Source of the DNA: Hamiltosporidium tvaerminnensis FI-OER-3-3
Lineage: Eukaryota > Fungi > Microsporidia
Direction: 5' to 3'
DNA length: 64,000 nt
Assembly: GCA_022605425.2 (NCBI GenBank)
Contig: CM061254.1
Location: 248,001-312,000 of the forward strand
Below the pieces are notes generated by a model. It had not been told where the DNA came from. It saw nothing but the letters and a program-made list of their open reading frames with translations, and did not search any database. The translations under genes and the position numbers were made by a program. Positions within the stretch are counted from its first letter, which is position 1, and the number at the start of each line of letters is the position of its first letter. Below, piece by piece: positions 40,917 through 53,044 of the stretch.

Positions 40917-41837
40917 TACATTTGAAAATGTTTTAACTTAATTTTAGATAACGATTTATGTACATTTTACAAATCGAAGACATTATAACAATATATCTAT
41001 ATTATTAACGGTGTGAATTTAACTAACAATCAATTAGCTATATTTCACAATATTTTTCTGGGTATATAAAATTGAAATTAGTTTCAAAATTAAATCAAAC
41101 TACTTGTTTGCAATATTTTAATTATCCGACCTAATACATATATATTGTTTAAACAATTCTCTATAAATATTTTTAGATATCTGGAGGTAAGTAATGGTAA
41201 AGTTCACTGTAAAATTTTAAGACATAAAATATTTCTCAGAAGATTCTTAAATGAAATAACAGCCCTTTTGAACCTTTATCAATATGTATACAAGGACTGT
41301 AAGTGTTTAATGTTAATATTCTTTAAAAATATAATCATTTTAGATAAATTTTTACTGAAATTAAGTAAAGCCATAGTTATTGAATAAAAATCAAATTATG
41401 ATGTTTCTAAAATGAAATGTTAAGAGTAGTTGTTTATTATTATTTCCATAAACTGAAAAAAATCTATCATGGAAAATATTTGTTCAAATTTAAAGCTTAA
41501 ATGATTAATTGTAGCAATATAACAGCAGGTTTGCGCTCAATAAATAGAAACAATTTGTGTTCCAGATCAATATTTTATGGGAGATTGTTTGTTTACATAT
41601 ATTTAGAGTTTTTATTTTTAAATTGAAAGATCAGAGAAGTTATTAAAATGATTATCTGCTATTTTCTATAAAAATTTCGAGATTCAAAATAATAATTGAT
41701 CTGACAATTATTTTTTTGATAAAGAATAAACAACTAAAAATATATTTATAAAAGTGTATAATCAAATGATAAAGTACTAAAGTTATTATAATAATGTTTT
41801 TATTGAATATATACGGTAAAAATACACAAAATAAGAT

Positions 41838-43163
41838 ATGATAGGGTCTTATCTTGGAACTCTACTACTTTTCTGTAGTTTTGTATCAATTTGTCTTTCT
41901 TCCAATGATTTAGAAGAAATTTATGATGTAAATGAAAACAAAGAGTTCTTCGCGAAGAAATCTCTCGATTTATACAACAAAGAAACCAAACGCTTAAAAA
42001 TGTTGCCGAAATCTTTAGATTTTGCATATTTTATGTTCTATGATAACAGCTTGGAAGTTGTTGCTGATTCGATATCAAAGTATTTTAAAACAAAGACAGC
42101 AAATAAATATGATATTAAGATCTATAGACCAGATTTCAAAACTAATGATCCATTTCAAACAGTTGTATTCCAATTATTTCGAATCAAAAGAATATACAAT
42201 ACATGGTATATAGTCGATATCTATGTGTCAAAAAATCTACCTCAAAATAAACAAACAAAAAATAAGAATATAATACTGAGTCAAAAAGCTTTTGGTATTT
42301 TTCTTTGCAATTTCTTTCATATGTACAAATTCATAAAGAAAATATGTAATTATCCTGATAATTACGACGACTCTTTCATTTTAATAGAAGATACAAGCAA
42401 TAATATACGAAAAAAAATTCCTAAAAAATATCAAAAACTTGATACTACATTAGAAACAGGAATATATAATATTTTTTGTCTTAAGATGTTTTCAGAAGTA
42501 GAAAATTTTAACTGTGAACTCAACGAAAATAAGATGATAAGAAAATTCAATAAAATATTTGGCGAAATAACATGTTTACTTTGCGGATATTATACAGTAT
42601 ACTTCATTGAAATGAATGAATCGGAATCAGTCGAAAATATTTGTAGTAAGAAAATATTCAAAACTACTAAAATTAGTCTGTTCAGAATTGCATTAGAAGT
42701 CGAATCGCTACCGCTTGCAAATAAAAATAGTATATTTTTCCTAAAAAAGAAATTTCGTTTTGAATCCTCGATTCATAGAACGGAATTCGAATATTTTTAC
42801 TCAATATATAATGTAAATGATAAAGATTATAAATTTAAAATATTCCTTAAACATTCCGATATAGCATTTGAATTTAACTTCAATTGGATTGAAACCCAAT
42901 TAAAGAAAAGTTATATACCCAATTCGTCTATTTACATATATGTCATAAGAGGAGATAAATTATATATACTGGAGATATTAGAGGATAGGAATAGAAAATA
43001 TTTTAGGATCAAGAAGGCTAATAGGCCATGTGCATGCTTACATTTCGACTGTAAAGAAAATATCAAATACTTAAATAAAAATTATGAACTTAAAGAATTA
43101 TTAAATCGTTTAGTTTTTAGTAACGAGATCGATATAAAATGGTATTTCCAAAAGATTGAGTAA
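41838..43163 (+). CDS. FEFNFNW-family paralogue 6, intact 441-aa putative secreted protein
   Basis: Uninterrupted ORF. Signal-peptide-like MIGSYLGTLLLFCSFVSICLS, then KKSLDLY, IEDT..KKIPKKY, DYKFKIF, FEFNFNW and RLVF. Confidence 0.9.
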   Translation: MIGSYLGTLLLFCSFVSICLSSNDLEEIYDVNENKEFFAKKSLDLYNKETKRLKMLPKSLDFAYFMFYDNSLEVVADSISKYFKTKTANKYDIKIYRPDFKTNDPFQTVVFQLFRIKRIYNTWYIVDIYVSKNLPQNKQTKNKNIILSQKAFGIFLCNFFHMYKFIKKICNYPDNYDDSFILIEDTSNNIRKKIPKKYQKLDTTLETGIYNIFCLKMFSEVENFNCELNENKMIRKFNKIFGEITCLLCGYYTVYFIEMNESESVENICSKKIFKTTKISLFRIALEVESLPLANKNSIFFLKKKFRFESSIHRTEFEYFYSIYNVNDKDYKFKIFLKHSDIAFEFNFNWIETQLKKSYIPNSSIYIYVIRGDKLYILEILEDRNRKYFRIKKANRPCACLHFDCKENIKYLNKNYELKELLNRLVFSNEIDIKWYFQKIE

Positions 43164-46100
43164 ACTATTATAATTTAAAACGGGGACAAAAATATTTTAT
43201 TTTTTCTGAATAAAATCGAACGCATTATGTTTCAATTGTGTTTTGAAGTATTTTGTAGCTCTTTTTAACACTAATAAAAACTTTTAGTACTAAAAAACCA
43301 GGAAATAACTAAAGATTTTTTTATTTATTAAGCTTCTTTCAATCTTAATATTCTAGTTTCTACATTTTATTTTGGAATAGATTTTTAACAAATACGTCAT
43401 ATATTAAAATTATTTTTTATTTTATTGATACGGGCCGAGATCAAATATTAATTTTACTTAAAAAATATATTAATAGTGTTGCAAAGATATTATTGGAAGA
43501 GAATTTATATTGATTAATAGTTGTATATTATAATAATATTATTTATGTTGTCTCTACTCAAATTAAATAAATTATACCGCATGAAACAAATATATAAAAT
43601 AAAATAATGCTCACATCTTTTATTACTAATATCTTCGCAATTTAAACTAGTTTGGCGTAAAACAAACATATTTGCAGATGAAGATTTAATCATATAGGAA
43701 AAATAAAATAGTCTACCTTTATCTAAAAAATATTGTTCTAAAATAAATAGCGGAAACAAATTGAGTTTAATAAGACAAGCATGTCCATATAAAATATTTT
43801 AACTTTAAAGAGTAAATTAAATAGTATAGGATATTTTATGGGTATAGTAGCCAATACTGAATCGACTTCCTTTGAATCAACACTATTTTATCAGGATCTC
43901 GATATTGGAATATCAGTTGGATATAATCAACACAAAAACCGATAAAAAAATTTGTATTTAATTCGGTTTATTATGTGTTTTACAAGTAAAAACTATTCAA
44001 AACCGAAGATTTAAATGTTTTGTTTTTTTCGGTAATTATAGTCTATTAGAATGGTTCTTATTCTTTAAAGTGATCCAGACCCTTTGAATCTGAAAATGTG
44101 TCCTAGCAATTCAATAGAAAAGTGTTCCGATTTTAAGCAAATTTGTTGTTAATTTAAAAAAATGAACATATTATAAAACAAATACGTAAAAACAATATTT
44201 TACTTAAGAATTAGATTGTTTTTGCTCGTTCGTTAAAATATTTAAGAAGCGAGGCTCCTTTTCCAAAGAGACACGCGTAAATCATCATTTGTATTATAGC
44301 TATTTTTCGCTTTAATTTTTATGTATAATTAGAAGGAAACTCATTTCCTATATGTAAGTAATTATAAGTGGTAGATGTAACCCTAATGCATATTTGAGAA
44401 TCGTGGATAGCGTTTACCTGTGTATACAAGAATTGTTTCAATTGTAATTCTCTGAATTATAATTAAATTTTCCGAATGCTTGCCTTAGAATATATCGTAT
44501 TTTTTTAAATCACTAATATCCATCGAATTTGAATTATAAAAGAATTATTGCATTATATATTTTTCCAGTTTTAGTGATATTTCAAGCAGAAAAATATCCA
44601 TTGAACATTCACTCAATAATTTCAAATACATTTCGATGTTAATATAAGTGTGTTTTTGCTTATTTTCTACAACAATCGAATCAAGCAAGGATATGTTAAC
44701 CTGCTTCCAAATATACACTCAATGTATCCAAAATTATAATTTTTTCATAAATATAGATAATTTTCACGCGTTTTTATATTATATGCACTAAATAATTCAA
44801 TTGATATATTTAATTCATTTGTATGGCTGTATCTTTCGGTTATTTATGTGGGTTTATGAATAAAGTCTCTACACTCGGCGATCTTTTACTAAATCACAGT
44901 TTTTGGTACCGTTACTGCATTATTTCTTCCCCCGATTCAAAAACCGGTCCAAGCATGCAGCTTTTAGAGAGTCATCGAATTTCAGTGTAATATAGAAGCT
45001 CGGTATGACCAGCACCATTTTTTCAGATAGAAAATGAAAAATATGATGGTTGAAGATCCACCACAGAATGATTTAACTTCGTTTATTGCAAAATTAGGAA
45101 ATATTTTATAATTTCCGGAAAGGTTTTTATGACAACTACATGAAAAAGTAACATGCACTATGCTATTCTGACCCGAGAACATTCCCTTTTTATGTTAAAA
45201 AAAATTTAGAATTTCCTTAACAGCGCGGGAGCCTCATCCGTGCTTAATGTGCCTATTCCATTCAATGGTAATTTATATTTAAAAAAAAATTATGTGATTA
45301 AAAGATCAATTCATCGCGAAGTCAACTCCAGTAGCCTACTAAATTAGAAATTCTAGATTATTTCTTATTTCTTATTCTTTTGCATCTCGCAGAAATACTA
45401 CTAGCTACCTCAAATTATTCACTTCTGTTTGTTTTTCAATTGAATACTTATCTATGGGAACTTACTTTTATCTCATGTATTATCTACAGTAAAATATCTA
45501 TAATAAGATCTTCAATTTGCAGTTAAATTAACTAACTCGATACAGAATCTGCTGGATTATATTATCTGCTTCGGAATTTGATACTATTTTAGCCATTTTA
45601 ATGCGCAGAGTTTTATTAGTTCCTCCACGATCGATCATTGTTTTTTTCTTCGCACTCGGATATGCTACCATATAAGACGCCTATAACAAAGGCTTTTGGA
45701 TTTACGAAGCGCATAGATTTGGAATCGTACTCTCAGAATATAAATGAGCCCTTTTTGAATTCAAACTATCAATGAAATTCGTACTGTTACCTCCATGCGG
45801 ATTGTAAAAAGCCTCTAATAAATTTGATGGTTTGGGATTGCTGTCTGAAAATAGTTTGGCAGATAAAATAAATTGAGACATTTTAACTACCTCTTTTTTT
45901 ATTGTGCAGGTGAACTTCTTAGCAGAATGCTTATTATTGCATTGAAGTTTTTCTTGGCACAGATAAATTCACTATAATTAATTGGATTATTTTAAAATAT
46001 CATAAAAATCTTTAATATTTTATGTACAAAATGAGAAAATTACTTACGTTTGTACTATTCATATAATATCCCTTCGGATTAAGTCAATTATAGACTAAAT

Positions 46101-46929
46101 GTATAAATTGCTTAGAAATATAGATGATCAGAAATATAGATGCGTTATATCTAGTTCTCTCAATGAGGCTACTCGACCAACGCTTGAATAAAAAATAATA
46201 GACTTAGACAGAGATAAAAAGAGAAAGGCCTCATATTTAGGAATAGCCCGCTGTTTCGCTTATACACACCCAAGTATAAATAGAGATTACCGCTATGAGT
46301 ATAAGTGGCGATCTTTTGCATAGCGACGAAATATTTCATTACAATATTTTTTTACTTTATTATTATACATACCATAATTGTATTTTGTTGCAAAAAGCCC
46401 ATAATCATAATTTCTATATGAGCTTAAACTTTTTACAAAAAACTCCACTCGCACTCTTAAAAAATACCTCCTCGCATCCCGGCTAGGAACTCCTGGTCTA
46501 TAATTTGAACATAAACGAATTAAAACTTCCCAATAAAAGATGAACGCTTTTTCGATAATAATATATATGCTTATTCATAAGATACTTATCCTATATTCTA
46601 GAAAAAAAATGCAAATGAGCCAGGTTGTTGTAAAACGATTATACTTTTTTTATGCTGAAAAAACCAATTTACCGAGTGTCTAAACAAAAAAGCTGGATTC
46701 AAATATAAAAAGATTGATCATCAAAGCCGAAAGCATATGCTGCAGTTTACCATATAAGGAACCAAAAATATATTTTTAAACTACTTTAGCAATGAAAAGT
46801 ATTTTTTTAATCAGTAAAAATTTTGATTCTATTTACTTTCTACTGAATTCTCTCAATAAAAACTTATATAGATTTTTTATTTTAAAGTTTTTAGAGGGAA
46901 ATTTGAGCGAGAATAAAATTCCATAAAAG

Positions 46930-47760
46930 TTATTTTAACTATCTTAGAAATAAAATAGATAAAACAATACCCAGCGATAGAAATAATGCGCCTTCTGGGT
47001 AATCTTTTCCGGAAGAAAACATTAATTTAAGAGCTAAAAACGACAATTAGTTTGATGAAAAAACAAAAATATTCATAAAGAGGAGTCGCTGAATGCAACT
47101 ATGAAAAACAACTACTTTATTTGTTGCATTTCATTTACCTGATCAAGAAGAAATGAAGACAATTAAAGAAAACTCTAAAACTCGATTCATCAAGTTAAAA
47201 AGAAAAGAATCACCGAATATATCTCAAAAGGTTTAACATGCAAGAGATATCAACTATTTTGTCGAATCTTGCAAATTATACCAATCATATCACGACTTTT
47301 ACGGCATATTGTGCAAGTAGATTGTGCTGATCTTAGTAATTATGCCAATGAAAATAACGGATATAGGTGGATCGTAAAAATTTTGGATTACTATTACAAA
47401 TTTCTTTTTTCATTTGCTCTGAAAAATATAACAGCCGAAAACATTATGCCTGCCTTAAAGAAAATATTTAAATAAGAGGAGTGCCGATAATTGTACAATT
47501 CGATAACATCGGAAAATTCAAAATTTCGGTGCAAAGAATTTATAAGTTTACATAACCTTAGGTTTGTAAAAGAATCAAGACATCGACAAAACCAAGTCCA
47601 AGTATAGAGAGGAAATAAACAGTGGTGAGAAAAATTCTGAAGGGATATTCTGGTGTCGAAAAATGGGTTGAATTTTTTAATAAAATTGCAGTAGAAAAAA
47701 TAAATCATGGACCTGACAAATAAATATGTTACCAATGTAGGCATTTAGAGGCTGAGCGGG
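46930..47760 (+). mobile_element. Decayed DDE (rve) integrase, Ginger/KRBA2-SCAND3-like
   Basis: QIIPIIS..IVQVDCADL..NNGYRWIVKILDYYYKF..ALK, then IVQFDN and SRHRQNQVQV*RGN (the RHPQSQG.VER motif with the catalytic Glu codon read as TAG). No RT or LTR is seen nearby. Confidence 0.8.
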
Positions 47761-48239
47761 TATAATTACATTGCCTTGTGTAGTGAATACAACATAATTT
47801 GAAGAAGTATCCGAATTAATAGAAAAAGAAACACTCTTGAATATAATTTAGAATATATTGAAGAAACAAGCCTTATACGAATTTAAAGTAATGTTGAACC
47901 GCAGAACACTATTTATTTTTAGTTCCGAAAGAGTTGATATAAAGTATAGAGATATTTACGTGTATGAATGTCCAAAGATGCTGGTTTTCATTACAACCGT
48001 ATCGCAGTTGATACAGGGACAGAGTATTCATTCAAAGATATTTTGATACAAATAAATTGACACGAAGAAATAAAATGAATAAGCTTTATGAAGAAGGAAG
48101 CTCGATTGTTATAGAGAGAGAGTTGACTCTGAAAGTTTTAGAGTTCTAATGAAAAATATCCTGGTATATTAAAATTTATTTCTAAAACAGACTAAAGAAG
48201 CCCAAAAAAATGTTTTGCTTGTTCCTTCTTTATTTTCTT

Positions 48240-48380
48240 GATATTCTAATTCTTTTTTTAATTATTTATTTTTTATTTTTTATTATTTTTTTCTTATTTT
48301 TTTTCTCGTTTTCTATTATTTTTATAGTTTTTTTTCTTCTTATTTTTTTTTTCATTTTTTTTGATTTATTGTTTTTTTAG
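48240..48380. repeat. T-rich low-complexity tract
   Basis: Runs of T interrupted by A/C over ~140 bp. Confidence 0.8.
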
Positions 48381-48604
48381 TATAGGTTCGTATATGGGTA
48401 AACTCCACATATGGGCACGACAATAAGTATTTAAAACAAATTAAATGCCCGTAGCTAGCACACAAGTATTTTCGTTCAAGAAATATTCATTGAGTGGATA
48501 TATAAGACAAAAAATTAAAAGCATCTTTAGAGTATCACTAAAGAAATAATATCATCTATTCCAAACAAATAAATTCATAATGCTTTCAAAAAAAAAATTT
48601 CTTA

Positions 48605-48838
48605 TTCATCATATCGGTACTACAGCCTTTTTCGAACCTTGGCTGCCCTCGGTAATACCGCAAACCGGTTTATTTTCAGTGGGTTGTTTACATTTTCGGG
48701 TTTCGTAACAAGGTGGTTTTAGAGGGTGGGTTTTAGCCCTACACTTAATCCCTAACCAAAGGACTAGTCTCTTTTAATCGCCTCTTACGACAAGCAGAGA
48801 ATACTCCAAGCCAATTCTTCTCCCGGCATGGTGGGAAA
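48605..48838 (-). mobile_element. Non-autonomous RTE-like short retroelement, copy 3
   Basis: Same 5' terminus TTTCCCACCATGCCGGGA, GTCGTAAGAGGCGATTAAAAGAG, TTGTTACGAAACCC and a 3' GGCTGTAGTACCGATATGATGA. Imperfect flanking repeat aaatttctta / atttttctta. Confidence 0.8.
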
Positions 48839-49055
48839 ATTTTTCTTACAACTCAAAAACAAAATAAAAATTTTAAAATAAATTTAGTTTCAAAGATCTA
48901 AAAAAAAAGAAATTATAAAAAATGAAATACAAATCAAATAATTCATTATAGATTAAAAATATAAGTTAAATTAATAAAATTATTAAAACAAAATTCATGG
49001 CATTTTTCAGTTTTAATTTCATATTCCAAAGACAAATTGTACAAAAAGTATATTT

Positions 49056-50132
49056 TTATACAAAATAACATCTCCTGGGTTTTTTTTCACATATTTCACC
49101 CGTTACTTTACAAATAAACAAATGCCCGGTTTCAGAAATATAAAGATCAGAATAGACATATCCGCTGTCAAACATATAAGGTTGATTTCTATCATTCATT
49201 TCCACATCCAATCCTTTGCACAATAGAATACTTTGTTCTCTTTTATAAAACGGAAGCTTTGCTGCTAAATCCATTAAGAATGGCATGCAACCAGGACATT
49301 TCATATTCTTATTTTTCTCACAAAATCTTGTTTTTGTAGCTATTAGTCCACACTCCACTAATCTCGTAAGTCTACTTTCAAAAGATAATTTATGTATTTT
49401 ATACAAAGATTTACTATAAATGTAAACTAAAAGATCATAATTGTTACTTATTTGATCTTTCAAAGTAGAAACATCTCTACAAACCAAAAGAGGAAGAAAC
49501 GGTTTGATTAAAAATGTATTTTTACAAAAAGTTTCCTTAGCATATAACATTGCTTCTTTATACTTACAATTTTTACAAAGCTCAATATATTCTTGTACTC
49601 TGAACATATTTTCAATATCAGAACAATTAAATTCCGTATGATTTTCTTTATTCTGATGAATATTTAATTTAATAAAAGTTGTTAAATATTCATTTTTAAT
49701 AGGTATGGTCATATTTTTTAATGTTGTTTTATATTCTTTACAAAAATGTAAAACCTTATCAAATTTTCCATTATAAATTTCTTGTTTAGTTTCATACATT
49801 TCCTTAAAAAAACTATAATCATTATATTTTTCTATTTCAAATTCTTTAACAAATTTCTTAGAAGTTTCAAAATATCCGTGATAAAGTAAATGTTCATTTA
49901 TAAGAACATATAGTTCTTTATCTGTATCCTGTCTTTGTATTACTACAGAATTTAGATCTTCTATTTGTGTATTAATACTTTTAAGTAATGTTTTAAGTTT
50001 TTCTAATTTTTCGTTCAAAGCTTCTGTACTTATTTTTTTTATAGTGTGGATATAAAATAGCTTTTCTATCAATTTATATGTAGAACGAATTAAATTCTGT
50101 CGTTTTGATTTTTGAATGATACTTAAATCCAT
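49056..50132 (-). CDS. FYV10: FYV10/MAEA (GID9)-like CTLH-complex E3 ligase subunit (358 aa)
   Basis: LisH-like ELYVLINEHLLYHGYFETSKKF and a CTLH/CRA region (FRVQEYIELC). C-terminal ATKTRFC..KCPGC..LAAKLP..SILLC..MNDRNQPYMFDSGYVYS..CKVTG..RRCYFV, as in MAEA/Fyv10. CCC lies immediately before the ATG. Confidence 0.85.
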   Translation of the reverse strand: MDLSIIQKSKRQNLIRSTYKLIEKLFYIHTIKKISTEALNEKLEKLKTLLKSINTQIEDLNSVVIQRQDTDKELYVLINEHLLYHGYFETSKKFVKEFEIEKYNDYSFFKEMYETKQEIYNGKFDKVLHFCKEYKTTLKNMTIPIKNEYLTTFIKLNIHQNKENHTEFNCSDIENMFRVQEYIELCKNCKYKEAMLYAKETFCKNTFLIKPFLPLLVCRDVSTLKDQISNNYDLLVYIYSKSLYKIHKLSFESRLTRLVECGLIATKTRFCEKNKNMKCPGCMPFLMDLAAKLPFYKREQSILLCKGLDVEMNDRNQPYMFDSGYVYSDLYISETGHLFICKVTGEICEKKPRRCYFV

Positions 50133-50161
50133 GGGATAATATTTTTTTTGTTATTTATCGA

Positions 50162-50230
50162 TTTAAATTTTAAATTTTAAATTTTAAATTTTAAATTTTA
50201 AATTTTAAATTTTAAATTTTAAATTTTAAA
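50162..50230. repeat. Heptamer tandem repeat (TAAATTT) x ~10 upstream of the FYV10-like gene
   Basis: Perfect 7-bp periodicity starting ~30 bp upstream of the ATG. Confidence 0.92.
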
Positions 50231-52098
50231 TGGTAAATTGTTAGTTTATTTCAAGAATTTTGGAAATAAAAAAAAATATTTTATTCCTCTTGAAATATTA
50301 TTTATAAGAAATTTCGTACTTTATTTTGTCTACCGTGTCAAAAGCTATTTAAAAATGCAAGACTCAACTTGCTTATATTTAAAATTTCAAACTATTTAGA
50401 TAAAAAGTTTTTCTTTAAGGTTTCATATTCTCTATTCTTGTATTTGGCATACACACTTCTCATTAAAAAAATTATGCAATTTTTTATAAAATTTTTTTAA
50501 GCCCTTTTTTTATTTTGTTCCCCATTTTTCTTTAAAATGTTCTCTTGGTAGGATGTACATAAAGCGGAGTAGAAATTGTACTGCCTTAAAGGGTAAAACT
50601 TAAATTTAGTTAAATTCTTTTTATTTCTCGAAAGTCTTTTAGAATTTCAGTTTTATTTTCATTGCAAAAAAAGAAATAAACAGAAAAAAATATCAGAAAA
50701 CAGTCGAATAAAATAAGTAATTTAAGGTAAGGAAATACAGAAAAAACAAATCAAAATTTATCTTCTTTTGGCTTTTTTTTTTCCAATTTTGGAGTTCCTA
50801 ATATTGCTATTATGTAGTAGATTTTAATTTACCAAGCTATTATGTTTCTATTTTGAATATTTTGCCTAAAAAGAACGCAGCAACTCTTTTTTTCCAACAA
50901 CACCATATGATACAACATGCTAAGTTAATTTAACCTTTTATCAAAGTAAAGTTGTCAATAGAAAAGTCTATATCGAATTACAAATTATTAGCAAGTCATA
51001 TATTAATTTATATTAGCAAATTAATTTCGAAAGTATTACCGATGATATTAGTTGAACGAATCTTTGCTAATTACGAGCTTAGATTTAAGAGTGAAGGATT
51101 TTGGAGCATAAACTTCTGATTTTTAAAAAAATGCATTTTGCAAAAATCAAACTGAAATTTTAGAAATCAAATATTTTATTGCAAAAAAAAATTCAAAAAA
51201 GATTTTCATGGCTGATATTAAGCTTAATATTTAAGTTGTTAGTTCGAATTTCAATATTTTTAAATATTCTACTAGTACATCTAGGGACTTTATAAAATGC
51301 AGTCTTTATAAAACCAGGAATACATACCAAAGAGTAAACACATGGTCCTTGACTCATATTTTTAGCTAATCAAAAGATCATCTTTACAAATATAACTATC
51401 AGTCAAACAAACACTTATTTTTCATAACTGAAATTAAAACCATCGATTTACATATTTAGGGAGTGTAAGAATACTTTGTGTTCATGTGATACATTAATTC
51501 ACTTATAAGCAACTTTTTAATGCAGTAAATCTGTAGAATTTTTTTTGTTTATTTTGAATTCCAAATTTATGTTTGCCGATTCGATGAAAATCTTATACAA
51601 ATTCAATAATTTAAAATCTAGAAAAATTGCAAAAACAGTCTAAGAAATAATATGTGCTTTAAATGATTTTATAAGGAATCAAACTATAGAGAAGTCACAA
51701 TAATACAAGTGATAGTTAGTAATTCATAAGATAAAAAACCGAAAGATCTGAGTTTGGATTAAATAGGTCATGATGAGGTAATATAACCGATGGAAATCTA
51801 AAATTTAGACAAGTGATAAATATCAATGTTTCAAATATACTATACTTTGTCTTTTATCCAATTTAGAATCTAAAAACTATTAAATAAGCTCAAAATTATC
51901 CATAAAGTCAGAAAACTTATAATCACAAATACAGTGTCTCATACAGTCAGAAATAAAAATTAAAATATTTAGAAAGACACATAAAAATATTTAAGTCATT
52001 TACAAGATTTCTACCCCAATATTTCTAACATTATTGAGTACTTTATATACTTTTATTTTTATAAAACGATTTAATTAAAATGGTTTTTAGATCTATTA

Positions 52099-52780
52099 GG
52101 TGGAAGGAAGAGATTTACGACAGGACCATTTGATTGCAATGGGTATGAAAAACTGATGACAAATTCACTGTTTGATGTTTGGTGAGAAAAAAACTGCTTT
52201 ACATCTTCGGTTGTTCCATCTGTGCTTTATGAGAAGATCTTCAAAACAGGTGTCTATTTCTACATATAAATTTTATTTTTTTATGAAAGTAGATCGTGGA
52301 AAGTATTTAACCTGCTGGTAATTGCCATGTAGAAGCATAGAAACCTGGTCTTGAAGACACCTTAGAATACATAGCGGATATAAATTAATAACACCCTTTA
52401 AAGCCAGGAGAGCTGAGATGCAGGGTATATCTGTTGGTAAAACATTGCGCTTTCTGAACGGATCCCATATAACAAGCCGAGATATATTCTAGCTAAAGTC
52501 TATTAGGTTCCAAAATTCTAAAGAAACGAGGAGTCTACATAGGTTCGAAGGAGCCAGAGAAAAGATTCAAACTATAATCACACTTTATGCAACCGAAATC
52601 AACAGAGTCAGGGCAAATCAAAGCTATAAATTGCATTCTGGACGTCTGTACAATATAAAGCTTTCGAACATAGGTATCAAAGTAGATACCGATAGCGTGC
52701 TAGGGTAGAGTTTTTATGTTAAACCCGAAAGCATTAATTTCTTTTAATATATAAGACGTGACATTGTTTTTAAAGGACAG
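52099..52780 (+). repeat. Dispersed ~700-bp repeat, copy D
   Basis: Starts ggtggaaggaag. tacatcttcggttgttccat, ggtaattgccatgtagaagcat and cctttaaagccaggagagct all match the reverse complement of 53045-53716. Confidence 0.78.
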
Positions 52781-53044
52781 TATATGCGAATATATTTACT
52801 TATTTCAAATCTTTTTGCGGATGAGTAAGCTTGAAGCAAAATAACAATTTAATATAGCTTATTCTTAAAAGCCTTTGCAAAAATGGTTAGACTTTTGATG
52901 AAGACCAGTAAAAAAAATTTCAGAGAAAAATTTTTTATTAAGTTTACTCCTTTTTTTTTATCATTTCAAGTTTAATATTACTTATTTAAAGTATAACATA
53001 TTTTTTAAAAAAAAACGTCTCAAGTTTTATATTTGTTTTCATGA

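Noticed and set aside
46466-46525. HDV-ribozyme-like string ACCTCCTCGCATCCCGGCTAGGAAC...CGAAT
   Set aside because: It resembles the HDV L3/P1 sequence, but P3 cannot form (ACC vs ATC), there is no good 5' P1 strand and no P2 partner. At best a decayed relic.
52150-52195. Hammerhead-like CTGATGA...GAAA in repeat copy D
   Set aside because: Stems do not close correctly and the core is not conserved in the other copies.
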